In this document: piece by piece, positions 55,031 to 64,000 of the stretch
Layout of the letters: each line of letters opens with the position of its first letter
Position numbering within the stretch: position 1 is the first letter of the stretch
Origin: a virus
Taxonomy: Duplodnaviria; Caudoviricetes
DNA: 64,000 bases
Reading direction: 5' to 3' (one strand)
IMG/VR virus record: IMGVR_UViG_3300042866_001263
Notes under the pieces: model-generated
What the model saw: only the letters and a program-made list of their open reading frames with translations
The model's database searches: none
What the model was told of the DNA's origin: nothing
Translations under genes and position numbers: made by a program

Positions 55031-56149
55031 ATGTTGAGCATACCGCACAATTACTTCCAAAAAATTATGTTTAAGAAAGTTGTAGTCGATCAATCGCAAG
55101 ATTTCAACCTCTCGTATCTTGAGATTGACCCAGAAGATGGACCTTCGTATCCTCTTCTAGAATATGTAGATTTTGCTGTTCGTCAGGTTGGTGAGATCAC
55201 CCCCACAGAAGCAAACTATCCTCGTAAGTCTGAGGTAATCCAAAACAAACTTGATGGTCTTGTTGCCTCTACTTCTGGTTACCGTTGGCTCTCTCGTGCT
55301 TGGCCTATTAGTGTCTTTATCTCTGAAGATAAAGAAGAGCAATTCGATCACCGCCACCTTCTTCTTGCTTTGAAGGAGAATGATTGGCGTACTGCACCCG
55401 TGGCTCGTTATCGTCGTAAGGTTACTGGTGACGCTTTGCTTGATAGTCTTTCTGACAGTTCAGTTATGACTTTGAGCGGTATTTTTGTGAATGCTACTGA
55501 CGGTGGCAACCCTCAAAACTGTTCTAGTGCAGATTTTCTGATTCTCTCTCGTGTTATGGAGGATGAAGGTATCCCCCGCACCAAGAAAAATCTAGAAAAG
55601 TTGTTTTCTGTGTCTGGTATCTATGAGCACTTCCCTTTAAAGGGGCATAAATCTACTATCGGCACCATTCGTAACAAAATCCTCAGCAACGAGAAACCTT
55701 CTCAGCGAGTGTTTAACACTTCGAAGGTTGAGATCAAAGATTGGTACGAGAAAAACGAGTTGTTTGGTGAGAACAACTACTCTAGTGTTGATGGTGCCCG
55801 TACTCGCCATAAAGTTCTTGATAACAGTTTCACATATCGTTATGCTAACGATATTCTGAAGTGGGCATTTGAAGCTGTTTTGGCGGGTGAAACTGTCCGT
55901 GTTAGTTGCGCTAGTAAAGCAACTTGTGAACATGAGATTGAGGCTGAGCGTCAAGAAATTGTCGATGCTATTAACGACATTTTGAATAGCACTATCAACT
56001 GGTATATCTCCAAAGTTGAGGGTATGCTTAATGTTGGTTCTCTCTTTAGCTTCAAACTTCCTAAGGTCGATGTTAATTCTCTTCCTTTGGAACTCTACTG
56101 GATCCCCCAGATTGAAGGTGAAGAAGAAGCGATCAGGGTTTCTTTCTGA
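55031..56149 (+). CDS. hypothetical protein, possible ParB/Srx-like N-terminal domain
   Basis: 372-aa ORF after TTGACA-17-TATATT; PISV...FDHRHLLLAL resembles the ParB DGxHR motif; start may be at 55067. Confidence 0.6.
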   Translation: MLSIPHNYFQKIMFKKVVVDQSQDFNLSYLEIDPEDGPSYPLLEYVDFAVRQVGEITPTEANYPRKSEVIQNKLDGLVASTSGYRWLSRAWPISVFISEDKEEQFDHRHLLLALKENDWRTAPVARYRRKVTGDALLDSLSDSSVMTLSGIFVNATDGGNPQNCSSADFLILSRVMEDEGIPRTKKNLEKLFSVSGIYEHFPLKGHKSTIGTIRNKILSNEKPSQRVFNTSKVEIKDWYEKNELFGENNYSSVDGARTRHKVLDNSFTYRYANDILKWAFEAVLAGETVRVSCASKATCEHEIEAERQEIVDAINDILNSTINWYISKVEGMLNVGSLFSFKLPKVDVNSLPLELYWIPQIEGEEEAIRVSF

Positions 56150-56228
56150 TCCACTTCAAAAACTGTCACAAGGGGGCTCTGTGCCCCCTTTTTCATGCCC
56201 TATACTTATTTCATCAACAGCGAACCGC

Positions 56229-57473
56229 ATGACCCTGACCCTCCGCCCCCACCAGCAGCGTATGCTCGATGCCCTGCTGACTGCTGGTATCGGTCGTGTC
56301 ACCTGCCCTACGGGCGGCGGCAAGACCCTCGTGATGATCCTTGACTGTCTGCGTCGCCTTCAGGCAGCACAGACCCCTCAGACCGTTGTAGTGTGCGCTC
56401 CTCGCATCCTGCTGGCAGTTCAACTGTATGAAGAGTTCTGGTCTGAACTGAACGGCAAAGTTGATGCTACTGTGCTTCACGTTCACAGCGGTGAGGTTGA
56501 TTGCCACCACACCACCAAAGTTCGTGAGATTGTTATTCACGATAGCATCTGCAAAGCTGCCAATTCTCACCAGATTATCTTTACCACTTACAACTCTCTG
56601 CGTCGTATCAACGAGGCAGGTATTGATGTTGACCTGATCTATTATGATGAGGCACACAACTCTGTGCGTCGTGACTTTTACATGGAAGTTGCTGCTGCTA
56701 GTCTGACTGCTCGTAACGCATACTACTTTACTGCTACCCCCAAGTATCGTGGTGGCAACATCAGTATGCACAATACCGATGTGTATGGTAAGGAACTGAT
56801 CAACATTCCTGCTCCTGAACTGGTAGCTAACGGTAGTATCATTCCTCCTACCATCAAGTCTCACCTTGTCGATATTGAGCGTAACAAGTCTCTGCTTGCT
56901 GCAGAGAATGACCGTGAGGTGTTGCTTGACATCGTATCGCAACTCGATGAGGATAGTGCCCAGAAGATCCTGGTTGCTGCTCCTAACACTCGTGTGCTGT
57001 GGCGTTTGCTCTCTAACACCAACGTGATGGCAGAGTTTGCTGCTCGTGGTTATGATGTGCTCCACATCACCAGCAAGCACGGTGCTTACATCAACAAGCA
57101 GAAAGTTGGTCGTCAAGAATTCTTTGACACTCTTGACCTCTGGGGTAAAGATCCCAGCCGTAAGTTCATCATGTTCCACTACAGCATCCTGTCTGAGGGT
57201 ATCAACGTTCCTGGTCTGACCCATTGTATTCTGCTGCGTAACCTGCCTGTGATCGAGATGGCGCAAACCATCGGTCGTGTGATCCGTCTTGACAAGCAGG
57301 ATGCCGCTGATATTCAGTCTGGTAAGATCCCTGCTGGTCAGCTCAGTCTGTATCGCAAATCTACTGGTTTCGTTACTGTTCCTGTGTTTAGTAACTACGG
57401 TCAGCAGACTGAGAAGCGACTGCAGCGTGTTGTGGATGCCATCTTTGTCAAAGGTATTGCCCCTACTGAATGA
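56229..57473 (+). CDS. SF2 DEAD/DEAH-like helicase (type III restriction Res-like)
   Basis: LRPHQ, PTGGGKT, DEAH, TATP, LSEGINVPG, QTIGRVIR; start trimmed. Confidence 0.9.
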   Translation: MTLTLRPHQQRMLDALLTAGIGRVTCPTGGGKTLVMILDCLRRLQAAQTPQTVVVCAPRILLAVQLYEEFWSELNGKVDATVLHVHSGEVDCHHTTKVREIVIHDSICKAANSHQIIFTTYNSLRRINEAGIDVDLIYYDEAHNSVRRDFYMEVAAASLTARNAYYFTATPKYRGGNISMHNTDVYGKELINIPAPELVANGSIIPPTIKSHLVDIERNKSLLAAENDREVLLDIVSQLDEDSAQKILVAAPNTRVLWRLLSNTNVMAEFAARGYDVLHITSKHGAYINKQKVGRQEFFDTLDLWGKDPSRKFIMFHYSILSEGINVPGLTHCILLRNLPVIEMAQTIGRVIRLDKQDAADIQSGKIPAGQLSLYRKSTGFVTVPVFSNYGQQTEKRLQRVVDAIFVKGIAPTE

Positions 57474-57483
57474 TTGTGCTAAA

Positions 57484-57789
57484 ATGAAACTCCAAACCCC
57501 CTACGAATTTACTATGACTGTTGAAGGACGCCCCAACATCGATGAAGATTGGGAAGCACGTTACCGTGAGCAGCGTAAGGATCGTCTGACTGACGCTGTG
57601 CATGACTATCTGGATGATGCTAGCACATCTATCCTTGAATTCTATAACGATTTGCGTGACATCATCGTGGAAATGAACACTTATCATAAAACCTTCGCTG
57701 AGAAAGCTGAGGGTGCCCTGCTGCTGGTCCATGGCAAACCCAGGGACGAAAAAGAACAAAATGACATTCCTGGTGAACCTTCCTACTGA
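57484..57789 (+). CDS. hypothetical protein
   Basis: MKLQTPYEF... start trimmed from track ORF 57289. Confidence 0.6.
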   Translation: MKLQTPYEFTMTVEGRPNIDEDWEARYREQRKDRLTDAVHDYLDDASTSILEFYNDLRDIIVEMNTYHKTFAEKAEGALLLVHGKPRDEKEQNDIPGEPSY

Positions 57790-57930
57790 TGGACGATAAA
57801 ACTAAACTGATCCTTGCTAAGATGCAAATAAATAACCTCGTTGAACTGCTGAAAGGTAACGAATACGAGAAGTTTTTGTATTCTAAGCTGATTGGTATTG
57901 ATGTAGAACTGTCACGACAACTGAGCCATT

Positions 57931-58140
57931 ATGACTGAAGATGATTTGAAACAAGTGGTTGAGAATTTGCTAGAAATTCAAACTAACAACCAGTATAATT
58001 TTCAGGCACTCCAACTACAGGTTGATGAGTTGCAACGTCAATTAGATGACTTGAATGATCTAAAACAATTGTTTAGGTTGCCTAAACTAGAAAATCAAAA
58101 TAGAGAACCATTCGAAGTCATCGACGCACCAGACGCATGA
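57931..58140 (+). CDS. hypothetical coiled-coil protein
   Basis: 69-aa ORF. Confidence 0.6.
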   Translation: MTEDDLKQVVENLLEIQTNNQYNFQALQLQVDELQRQLDDLNDLKQLFRLPKLENQNREPFEVIDAPDA

Positions 58141-58406
58141 AATTCGAATACGGTATGCTGGTAGAGTACCGTGGGACACACGGTTGGATCAGCTTTATTG
58201 ATGATGGATACATCACAGTCTGTTTTCTTGACATTCCTGATAAAACCAAGCATAATGGTAGGTATCAGGCAAATTTACTAGTTTTTCGTGAGCATTGGAA
58301 TGAAGTACGCTGTTGTGTGGATCAAACAAAAGAAGAACAAGAAGGCGAAACAACAAGCTATTTTCTACAATCTAGAGGATGCGATCTTGTGGGAGCAGCA
58401 TGTTAA
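58137..58406 (+). CDS. hypothetical protein
   Basis: Coupled ORF; overlaps a further small ORF at 58300-58458. Confidence 0.55.
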   Translation: MKFEYGMLVEYRGTHGWISFIDDGYITVCFLDIPDKTKHNGRYQANLLVFREHWNEVRCCVDQTKEEQEGETTSYFLQSRGCDLVGAAC

Positions 58407-58528
58407 CATGACAGAACATGCTAAAACTGAAATTCACCCAGTTTTTGGGGACAGTTGAATAAGTGTCACAGAGGTCTTGACCAGACCTCTTTTTTTATGG
58501 CATAATAACAAGGTAATCAATCAAACAC

Positions 58529-59104
58529 ATGTCTTACTTAGAGCGTCATCTGCTTCCCCTCATTCTCTCCATCAACCCCACAAAGGTAGAGAGTTATATC
58601 GATGCCTGCCTTGGGTGGGAACCTGAGAATAGCGTTCAGAGCATCCGAATTCAGTTTGGTAATAAGATTGAAGAGTTTTGGAACCAAGTTATCAGCGATG
58701 CAAAGAACGCTGAAAATTTGATTGCAGAGAACAACATGATCATGGTTGGTAAAGATGAGCGCCAACTTGATCATCTGTTTAAGTATAGAGTCGGTGAGAA
58801 CGTATACAAACTCTACCTTGAGAGCAAGTGCAATCTCAACTTTGACAGTGAGAAGGACAAAGCATCTAACGCTAAGATCAAAGCAGTTTTGGCGACCATG
58901 GAGGACGCTACTGGAGCATATTTCTGCCCTGTGGTGGATGCTGTGCCACATAAGTGGCAGGTAAAATATACCAACAAAGGCATGAAGATCATTGGTGTCT
59001 CTGATATGATGAAGATGATTGACTGCCCATTTACCATTGAAGAATACTTCACGTTTATGCGTGAAGTTGTTGGTCCTATTCTTGCGGAAAAGCGTTATGG
59101 TTAA
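58529..59104 (+). CDS. putative PD-(D/E)XK restriction-endonuclease-like protein
   Basis: QLDHLF...YLESKCN (D..ExK); overlaps the MTase start by 8 bp. Confidence 0.5.
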   Translation: MSYLERHLLPLILSINPTKVESYIDACLGWEPENSVQSIRIQFGNKIEEFWNQVISDAKNAENLIAENNMIMVGKDERQLDHLFKYRVGENVYKLYLESKCNLNFDSEKDKASNAKIKAVLATMEDATGAYFCPVVDAVPHKWQVKYTNKGMKIIGVSDMMKMIDCPFTIEEYFTFMREVVGPILAEKRYG

Positions 59105-59942
59105 ACCTATTGTTAAGTATCAAGGTGGCAAATCCCGTGAGATCAAAACGATCACGGGTTTGCTGCCTTCTTTTACTGGAAAGATTATTGAACCATTTTG
59201 TGGTGGTGCTGCTGTAGCATTTCACTATCAGAGACAGTCTATTCTGAGTGATGTCAACCGAGATATTATCAATCTCTATCAGGTTGTGGCATCGGATCAG
59301 TATCAGGAACTTCAAGAAAAAGTTGATATCATCAAAACTCTAGAGCATGATGATCTTGAGATAGAGTTTTATTCAGCTAGAGAAGCAATCAATCAACCGT
59401 GGGATTGTGTAGATCCTCTGCGGAGAGCACTCTCGTACATTGTCGTGCGGCAGTTGTGTTTCTCTGGTATGGAAAGGTATAATGCAAATGGGGAGTTCAA
59501 TGTACCATTTGGACATTACAAATCATTCTCTTGTAATCTCTCGAAGGATCACCATGACTTTCTTTTGAAATGTAAGATCTCTCATGCTTCATTTGAGCAC
59601 TGCTTTGAAGATGCCAATGAGAATGACTTTATTTTCATTGATCCACCTTACCTAGATCGTCTTGGTTATACTACTGGAGATGGTGGTTCAAGTCTACATG
59701 AGAAGCTCTTGAGTTGTCTCAAGACAACATCTGCTAAGTGGTTGATAATTCACTCTGATCATGAGTTCTATCGTGACAGTTATAAAGACTATAATATCAT
59801 GACCAAAGACTTCGTATACTCCCAACGATTTGGGAAGAACAAAAATCATTCTAATGCCAAAGTTCAGCACCTTTACATCACAAACTATCCAGTTGAGGAA
59901 CTGGCACACCCCACCGTGACCCAGCACCTGGACGCTGTATGA
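59097..59942 (+). CDS. DNA N6-adenine methyltransferase (Dam/D12 class)
   Basis: KYQGGKSR, EPFCGGAAV, FNVPFG, FIDPPY; start trimmed to MVKP. Confidence 0.92.
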   Translation: MVKPIVKYQGGKSREIKTITGLLPSFTGKIIEPFCGGAAVAFHYQRQSILSDVNRDIINLYQVVASDQYQELQEKVDIIKTLEHDDLEIEFYSAREAINQPWDCVDPLRRALSYIVVRQLCFSGMERYNANGEFNVPFGHYKSFSCNLSKDHHDFLLKCKISHASFEHCFEDANENDFIFIDPPYLDRLGYTTGDGGSSLHEKLLSCLKTTSAKWLIIHSDHEFYRDSYKDYNIMTKDFVYSQRFGKNKNHSNAKVQHLYITNYPVEELAHPTVTQHLDAV

Positions 59943-59968
59943 TTACAAGGTAATCGAGAGACACACCC

Positions 59969-60190
59969 ATGCAACTTGTCCAAGGCGCCATGCAGGTTGA
60001 TTTTTACCCTGCTGCTGGTATGACCGATAAGTTTGTTCAAGTTACCTCGTTTGATGGTGCGGAGATGAGCGAGCGTTTGATCAGCAAGCGTGATATGGAG
60101 CGCCAAGCAGATGAGCGTATCAATCAGTATGGTTATCAAGTGACCAAGTTTAACACTTCTCCCCGTATCAAAATGATGGTGTGCTGCTGA
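59969..60190 (+). CDS. hypothetical protein
   Basis: First gene after an early promoter element. Confidence 0.65.
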   Translation: MQLVQGAMQVDFYPAAGMTDKFVQVTSFDGAEMSERLISKRDMERQADERINQYGYQVTKFNTSPRIKMMVCC

Positions 60191-60369
60191 TGTTTAGCAT
60201 TTTTCTCGCTACTGTCACCGCTCTTCAAGATCCTTATGTTGCTCCAGAAAATATCCGTCGCCATTGTGCTGCTGTTGTTGGCATCCCTTATGCTTCTGAC
60301 AACTTCTCAGAAAAAGAATGGCAACAATTCGTCGGGTGTGTCCGTGAGCATATGAAGAAAGATGCTTGA
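60190..60369 (+). CDS. hypothetical protein
   Basis: MFSIFLATVTALQDPY...; TGATG coupling. Confidence 0.55.
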   Translation: MFSIFLATVTALQDPYVAPENIRRHCAAVVGIPYASDNFSEKEWQQFVGCVREHMKKDA

Positions 60370-60643
60370 ATTTCCGCACACACCTCCGCAAGGATACTCT
60401 TATGAAACTGTAGAACATAAACGTAACGTGGTTGCCATATGGATTTGCAATCATGGTCAATTTAGCTATACTGATGAAACTCCAAAGTCTATCTGGGGTT
60501 TTTATGATACAAAGAAACGGTGCTATTATGCACCAGTAAATTCTAAAACAGTTGGCAAAGTGGTTGACATTCAAGATACCACACCCTATAGTGCCATGCA
60601 GATCCTGAAGCCCCTTCGCCCTAGCGTCCTGTCGTTCGTCTGA
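60362..60643 (+). CDS. conserved cyanophage hypothetical protein
   Basis: FPHTPPQGYSY...IWGFYD...TTPYSAMQ. Confidence 0.7.
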   Translation: MLEFPHTPPQGYSYETVEHKRNVVAIWICNHGQFSYTDETPKSIWGFYDTKKRCYYAPVNSKTVGKVVDIQDTTPYSAMQILKPLRPSVLSFV

Positions 60644-60680
60644 GGCGCCTAGGAGCGCCTGTAACCCCCCTCTGACCCCT

Positions 60681-60875
60681 ATGACCTATCCTTGCCCCTC
60701 TGTGGTCACCAACGTGACCCTGGACACCCAGCAGATCAAGTTTCTGATCGATCTGCTCTGGGGACACGATCCCCGTGACAGTCGCAAGACAGCAAAGCAT
60801 CATGGCGTGGATGATGTGGCAGTTCAGTGCCAGTTGTGGAACTGTCTACAGAGCGCCTTGAGCGAGCTGGATTGA
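60681..60875 (+). CDS. hypothetical protein
   Basis: 64-aa ORF. Confidence 0.5.
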   Translation: MTYPCPSVVTNVTLDTQQIKFLIDLLWGHDPRDSRKTAKHHGVDDVAVQCQLWNCLQSALSELD

Positions 60876-61049
60876 CCCTATAATTACAAGGTAATCAACG
60901 GAGCACCACCCCATGTGGGATGAAATCCAAGACATGCCTGGCGAGATCTTCGATATCTCTGACGAAGACCGTGAAGAGATGGCGAAAGTATTTGCCATGT
61001 CTGAAGAAGAGTATGATGTTTATTGGAACTCCTGACTTACTAACTGATC

Positions 61050-61256
61050 ATGACACTTCCTTCTTACAACGCCATGCAATTTCAATCTAAAGAAGAGCAC
61101 CTTGCTGCTCTCTATGATGCTTGCCTGTTGATTGTCAACACTTACAATGGTTCTGATGTTCTTGATGGTGTAGACATGGGACTTTATACTCCCTTTCAAT
61201 TCATGAAGTCTGCCCGTAACGTTGTCAACCAGATTGCTGAAGGTCACATCAAATGA
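61050..61256 (+). CDS. hypothetical protein
   Basis: MTLPSYNAMQF..KEEHLAALYDACLLIVNTY. Confidence 0.65.
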   Translation: MTLPSYNAMQFQSKEEHLAALYDACLLIVNTYNGSDVLDGVDMGLYTPFQFMKSARNVVNQIAEGHIK

Positions 61257-61404
61257 AAATCTCTTACATCTTTCTTATTGCTATCAGCATTCTGATGTAT
61301 AATGTTGCTCTCGCTAAGAGAGATCAGAACATGTTTGAAGCATACGATAAAGCTTGTGCTGAACTACCCAAAGGACACCCTGATTGTATTTTTGCTAAGA
61401 CCAA

Positions 61405-61710
61405 ATGATTATTGCTGGTTTGATGTGTGGTATTGCCACATTTTATGGAGTAGGAGATGGTTTCCATGGACAAAAAACCGCTAATGGTGAACGGTTTGAT
61501 GCTTATCGTTGGACTGCAGCTCATCCTTATCTACCTATGGGTAGTAAAATCAGGGTGACCAACCAAGATAATGGCAAGCAGGTCATTGTTCGTATCAACG
61601 ACCGTGGGCCATATTCTCACGCAGATTTAGATTTATCTTACTCTGCTTTCTCTCACATTCAATCTGCCCGTAAGGGTAACGCTACCGTTTGTTATCGAGT
61701 TATTGGTTAA
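61405..61710 (+). CDS. RlpA-like double-psi beta-barrel lytic transglycosylase
   Basis: ATFYG...TANGERFD...TAAHPYLPMGSKIRVTN...VRINDRGPY. Confidence 0.9.
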   Translation: MIIAGLMCGIATFYGVGDGFHGQKTANGERFDAYRWTAAHPYLPMGSKIRVTNQDNGKQVIVRINDRGPYSHADLDLSYSAFSHIQSARKGNATVCYRVIG

Positions 61711-61878
61711 TTATGGAAGAAGTTTTGCTTGACCGTTACATCCTGGATCAGATCGATGCATATGATCTAGACCTTTCTGAGCATGACTGGGACAGCGATG
61801 TGCCAGTTGAAGAGCTGTCACAGGAGGCATTGGAACTGCTCTGATCTGCCCTATACTGATTACATCAGCGAGAGACAC

Positions 61879-62322
61879 ATGACCACCACCTTCGCCCAGT
61901 TCGTTTCTGAGCAGACTGCCCGCAACACTCTTCAGATCAACGTTCTGAAGCACTGCTACATGCTCTGTGATGCTCTGGTTCAAAACTACCACGATTGTGC
62001 TATTCGTGGACACAAGCGTTATGTTGAGCAGGGTGAGAATGTTGAGTATCACACTGCCTGCATCGAGAAACTGAAGCAAGGCACTTCGCCCATCAATTAT
62101 GTGATCGAGAGCGGTAAAAAATACCACAAGATCATCATGATTGATGGTGGTAGCTCCCGCTCTGTCCATGCTTTCGTGGACAAAAAGACTGGTGAAGTGT
62201 ATAAATCCGCTTCCTGGAAGGCACCTGCTAAAGGTGTGCGCTACGATCTGCGCTTGATTGCTGATCGTGAGTGGTTGCTGGAGAATGCTGACTGGTCTGG
62301 CGGTTATCTCTACGCTCGCTGA
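61879..62322 (+). CDS. conserved phage hypothetical protein
   Basis: KKYHKI...SVHAFVDKKTGEVYKSASWKAPAKGVRY; start trimmed. Confidence 0.75.
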   Translation: MTTTFAQFVSEQTARNTLQINVLKHCYMLCDALVQNYHDCAIRGHKRYVEQGENVEYHTACIEKLKQGTSPINYVIESGKKYHKIIMIDGGSSRSVHAFVDKKTGEVYKSASWKAPAKGVRYDLRLIADREWLLENADWSGGYLYAR

Positions 62323-62376
62323 TGCTTGACATCCGCTCTCAGTCCTGCTAAATTACCTACAGAGTTCGTTTCTGCC

Positions 62377-62604
62377 ATGCATTACATCGTTACCAACGAC
62401 AACGCCTACGCTATCGATCATCCCAAAGATGCCATTTATGGTGCTCCTGTGCTCGAAGATGGCACTATTGATTGGGAAGGATCATATGATATTGCGTGGG
62501 ACAATCTTGAAGATGAAGAGCGTGAGTATGTAGCTCACATTGCCTATCACCTTCAAGAGATCGCTAAACTATCTGAAGAGCACCTGGAGGTCTTTATCAA
62601 ATGA
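62377..62604 (+). CDS. hypothetical protein
   Basis: Start after TTGACA(62326)-17-TAAATT promoter. Confidence 0.6.
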   Translation: MHYIVTNDNAYAIDHPKDAIYGAPVLEDGTIDWEGSYDIAWDNLEDEEREYVAHIAYHLQEIAKLSEEHLEVFIK

Positions 62605-62855
62605 AATACAATCCACTGGTTGAATACATCCAGACGCTGGTAGAACCATTCCCCAATCGCTATACGATGGGTGAGTATAGTATCAGTGTGGTTCCTCGTC
62701 AAGATCTGACCTATGAGGAAACCGCCAAGTACTGGCGTGTATTCAGTAAATTTCCTAATGAGTTCGCCGCCGCCCTTGCCAGGTCGCTCCCTCATGATGT
62801 AGAATTCAAGTCTTACGATCACCTCCAGAACAAACTTACTCTTTTCAAAAAATGA
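62601..62855 (+). CDS. hypothetical protein
   Basis: ATGA-coupled ORF. Confidence 0.65.
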   Translation: MKYNPLVEYIQTLVEPFPNRYTMGEYSISVVPRQDLTYEETAKYWRVFSKFPNEFAAALARSLPHDVEFKSYDHLQNKLTLFKK

Positions 62856-63076
62856 ACAACGAAGACTGCCTGCGGATTTCCCAGTATCGTGATGACATCT
62901 ACGAGTGGGCATGTGTTCGCTTTAAGCAACTGATTACTGAAGATCGGGTTGATGATGCGTTGGCATTTGCTGACGAGTTCTTTGAATGGTTGGATCCTGA
63001 ACAACTAGATAACGAAGTTACGTTATTCTATGACGCTGATGAACTCGGACAACTCTATCAATCCATTAGATCCTGA
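62852..63076 (+). CDS. hypothetical protein
   Basis: ATGA-coupled ORF. Confidence 0.65.
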   Translation: MNNEDCLRISQYRDDIYEWACVRFKQLITEDRVDDALAFADEFFEWLDPEQLDNEVTLFYDADELGQLYQSIRS

Positions 63077-63334
63077 TCTCAGGTCTCTCATACTGGATTA
63101 TATTACAGCATACAACAACGACAATTTCGCTCTAGCTGAGAGCATCCTACACAACATCAGACAAAAGAGGGAAGCAGATGGAAGTGACGCTTGAATTGGG
63201 ACCAGACATACAACTAGAATATGAGAGCTGGTTAGCAGTCAAAGAAAGTCTAGGCATCGAGCGTAGCATCAACAACTTCCTGTACTACACTTACAACTTC
63301 GGTACATTCGCAAATCCCAAGAACCCTGACGAAA

Positions 63335-63661
63335 ATGAACTTTCCTAAATTCAAGACACCCGAAGACGAAACACTGTATTACAATATCTTTGAAGATAAT
63401 CTTACCACATACAAGTTTATGTTGGATAAGGTGAGGGAAGAACTGTATGGCAAGGGGAATGGTAACTACTCTAATCTCCCTGGATCGTGCTTTGAAGTTC
63501 TGAATGATATCACACGATCTCTGATTTATCAGACATCTGATGCCTTCAAGGATGAAAAACCAGAATACAAAGATGAAATTGATGAGGTGTTCATTCCTCA
63601 TCGTGATCTGAAAACAGCGATCAAAGAAGCACTAGTAGAAGTAGAAACTATTAATGCTTGA
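63335..63661 (+). CDS. hypothetical protein
   Basis: 108-aa ORF. Confidence 0.65.
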   Translation: MNFPKFKTPEDETLYYNIFEDNLTTYKFMLDKVREELYGKGNGNYSNLPGSCFEVLNDITRSLIYQTSDAFKDEKPEYKDEIDEVFIPHRDLKTAIKEALVEVETINA

Positions 63662-63744
63662 GTTTCTAATTATTTCAGCAGCTGTGGGTTGGGCACTATT
63701 TGCATTATACTCACCTGTGTTCAACCACCTCGACACTATTGAAC

Positions 63745-64000
63745 ATGACAATCTCCGTAATCGAAAACACTGATGGCACCTTCACGATCGACTGGGACAA
63801 AGAAGACCCCAAAGAAAGCATCCTTAACGACTGGACAGAAGAAGACTTCATCGAGTGTGTCCGCTCGCACTGCGAAAAAGTTATCGCAGAATCTGACGAC
63901 CCTGACAACGAAGAAGTCTCCATCGAAGACATCATCGAAAACGCCATCAACCAGCGCCAAGAAGTCGCCACAGAAGGCGAGCAAGGTAGCGAAAACACCA
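63745..64000 (+). CDS. hypothetical acidic protein (runs off the window)
   Basis: MTISVIENTDGTFTIDWDKEDPKES...; open to the window end. Confidence 0.6.
   Translation, partial: MTISVIENTDGTFTIDWDKEDPKESILNDWTEEDFIECVRSHCEKVIAESDDPDNEEVSIEDIIENAINQRQEVATEGEQGSENT

Noticed and set aside
56214-57266. 350-aa minus-strand ORF
   Set aside because: It lies exactly antisense to the helicase and shows no motifs; best explained as a shadow of biased codon usage
1-64000. Stop-codon reassignment (alternative genetic code)
   Set aside because: Known genes translate full-length with the standard code, and no suppressor tRNA was found

Overview
This window is a contiguous 64 kb segment of a T4-like cyanomyovirus (Kyanoviridae-type cyanophage). 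A freshwater Synechococcus/Cyanobium-type host is an inference only. In order, it contains: (1) a late, minus-strand cluster of signal-peptide proteins; (2) a photosynthesis/redox auxiliary block (hli, petF, peroxiredoxin, hli, psbA, psbD, gnd, glutaredoxin); (3) a compact nitrogen-sensing-like regulatory cassette at 9.4-9.9 kb (NtcA box, tandem glutamine-riboswitch-like aptamers with a nested ORF, a YRG/DUF4278-like peptide and a candidate tiny sRNA); (4) core T4-like genes (thyX, phoH, exonuclease, gp33, gp32, gp53, gp48, gp2, gp4, gp54-like, gp26, hub/tape-measure-like, cp12, split gp5); (5) a cluster of 14 tRNAs with an HNH endonuclease, a CpcT/CpeT lyase and structured non-tRNA spacers; (6) a 4248-aa virion protein and three tail-collar fibre genes; (7) an early region of small ORFs (helicase, putative REase plus N6-MTase, RlpA-like) punctuated by a repeated dyad promoter element. 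The most notable features are the host-regulator-coupled elements (NtcA/glutamine riboswitch, RpaB HLR1, Yfr1-complementary RNA), a likely -1 programmed frameshift at gp26, and phycobiliprotein-like C-x-R-D repeats in the giant virion protein. All family assignments come from motif recognition by eye; no database searches were run.
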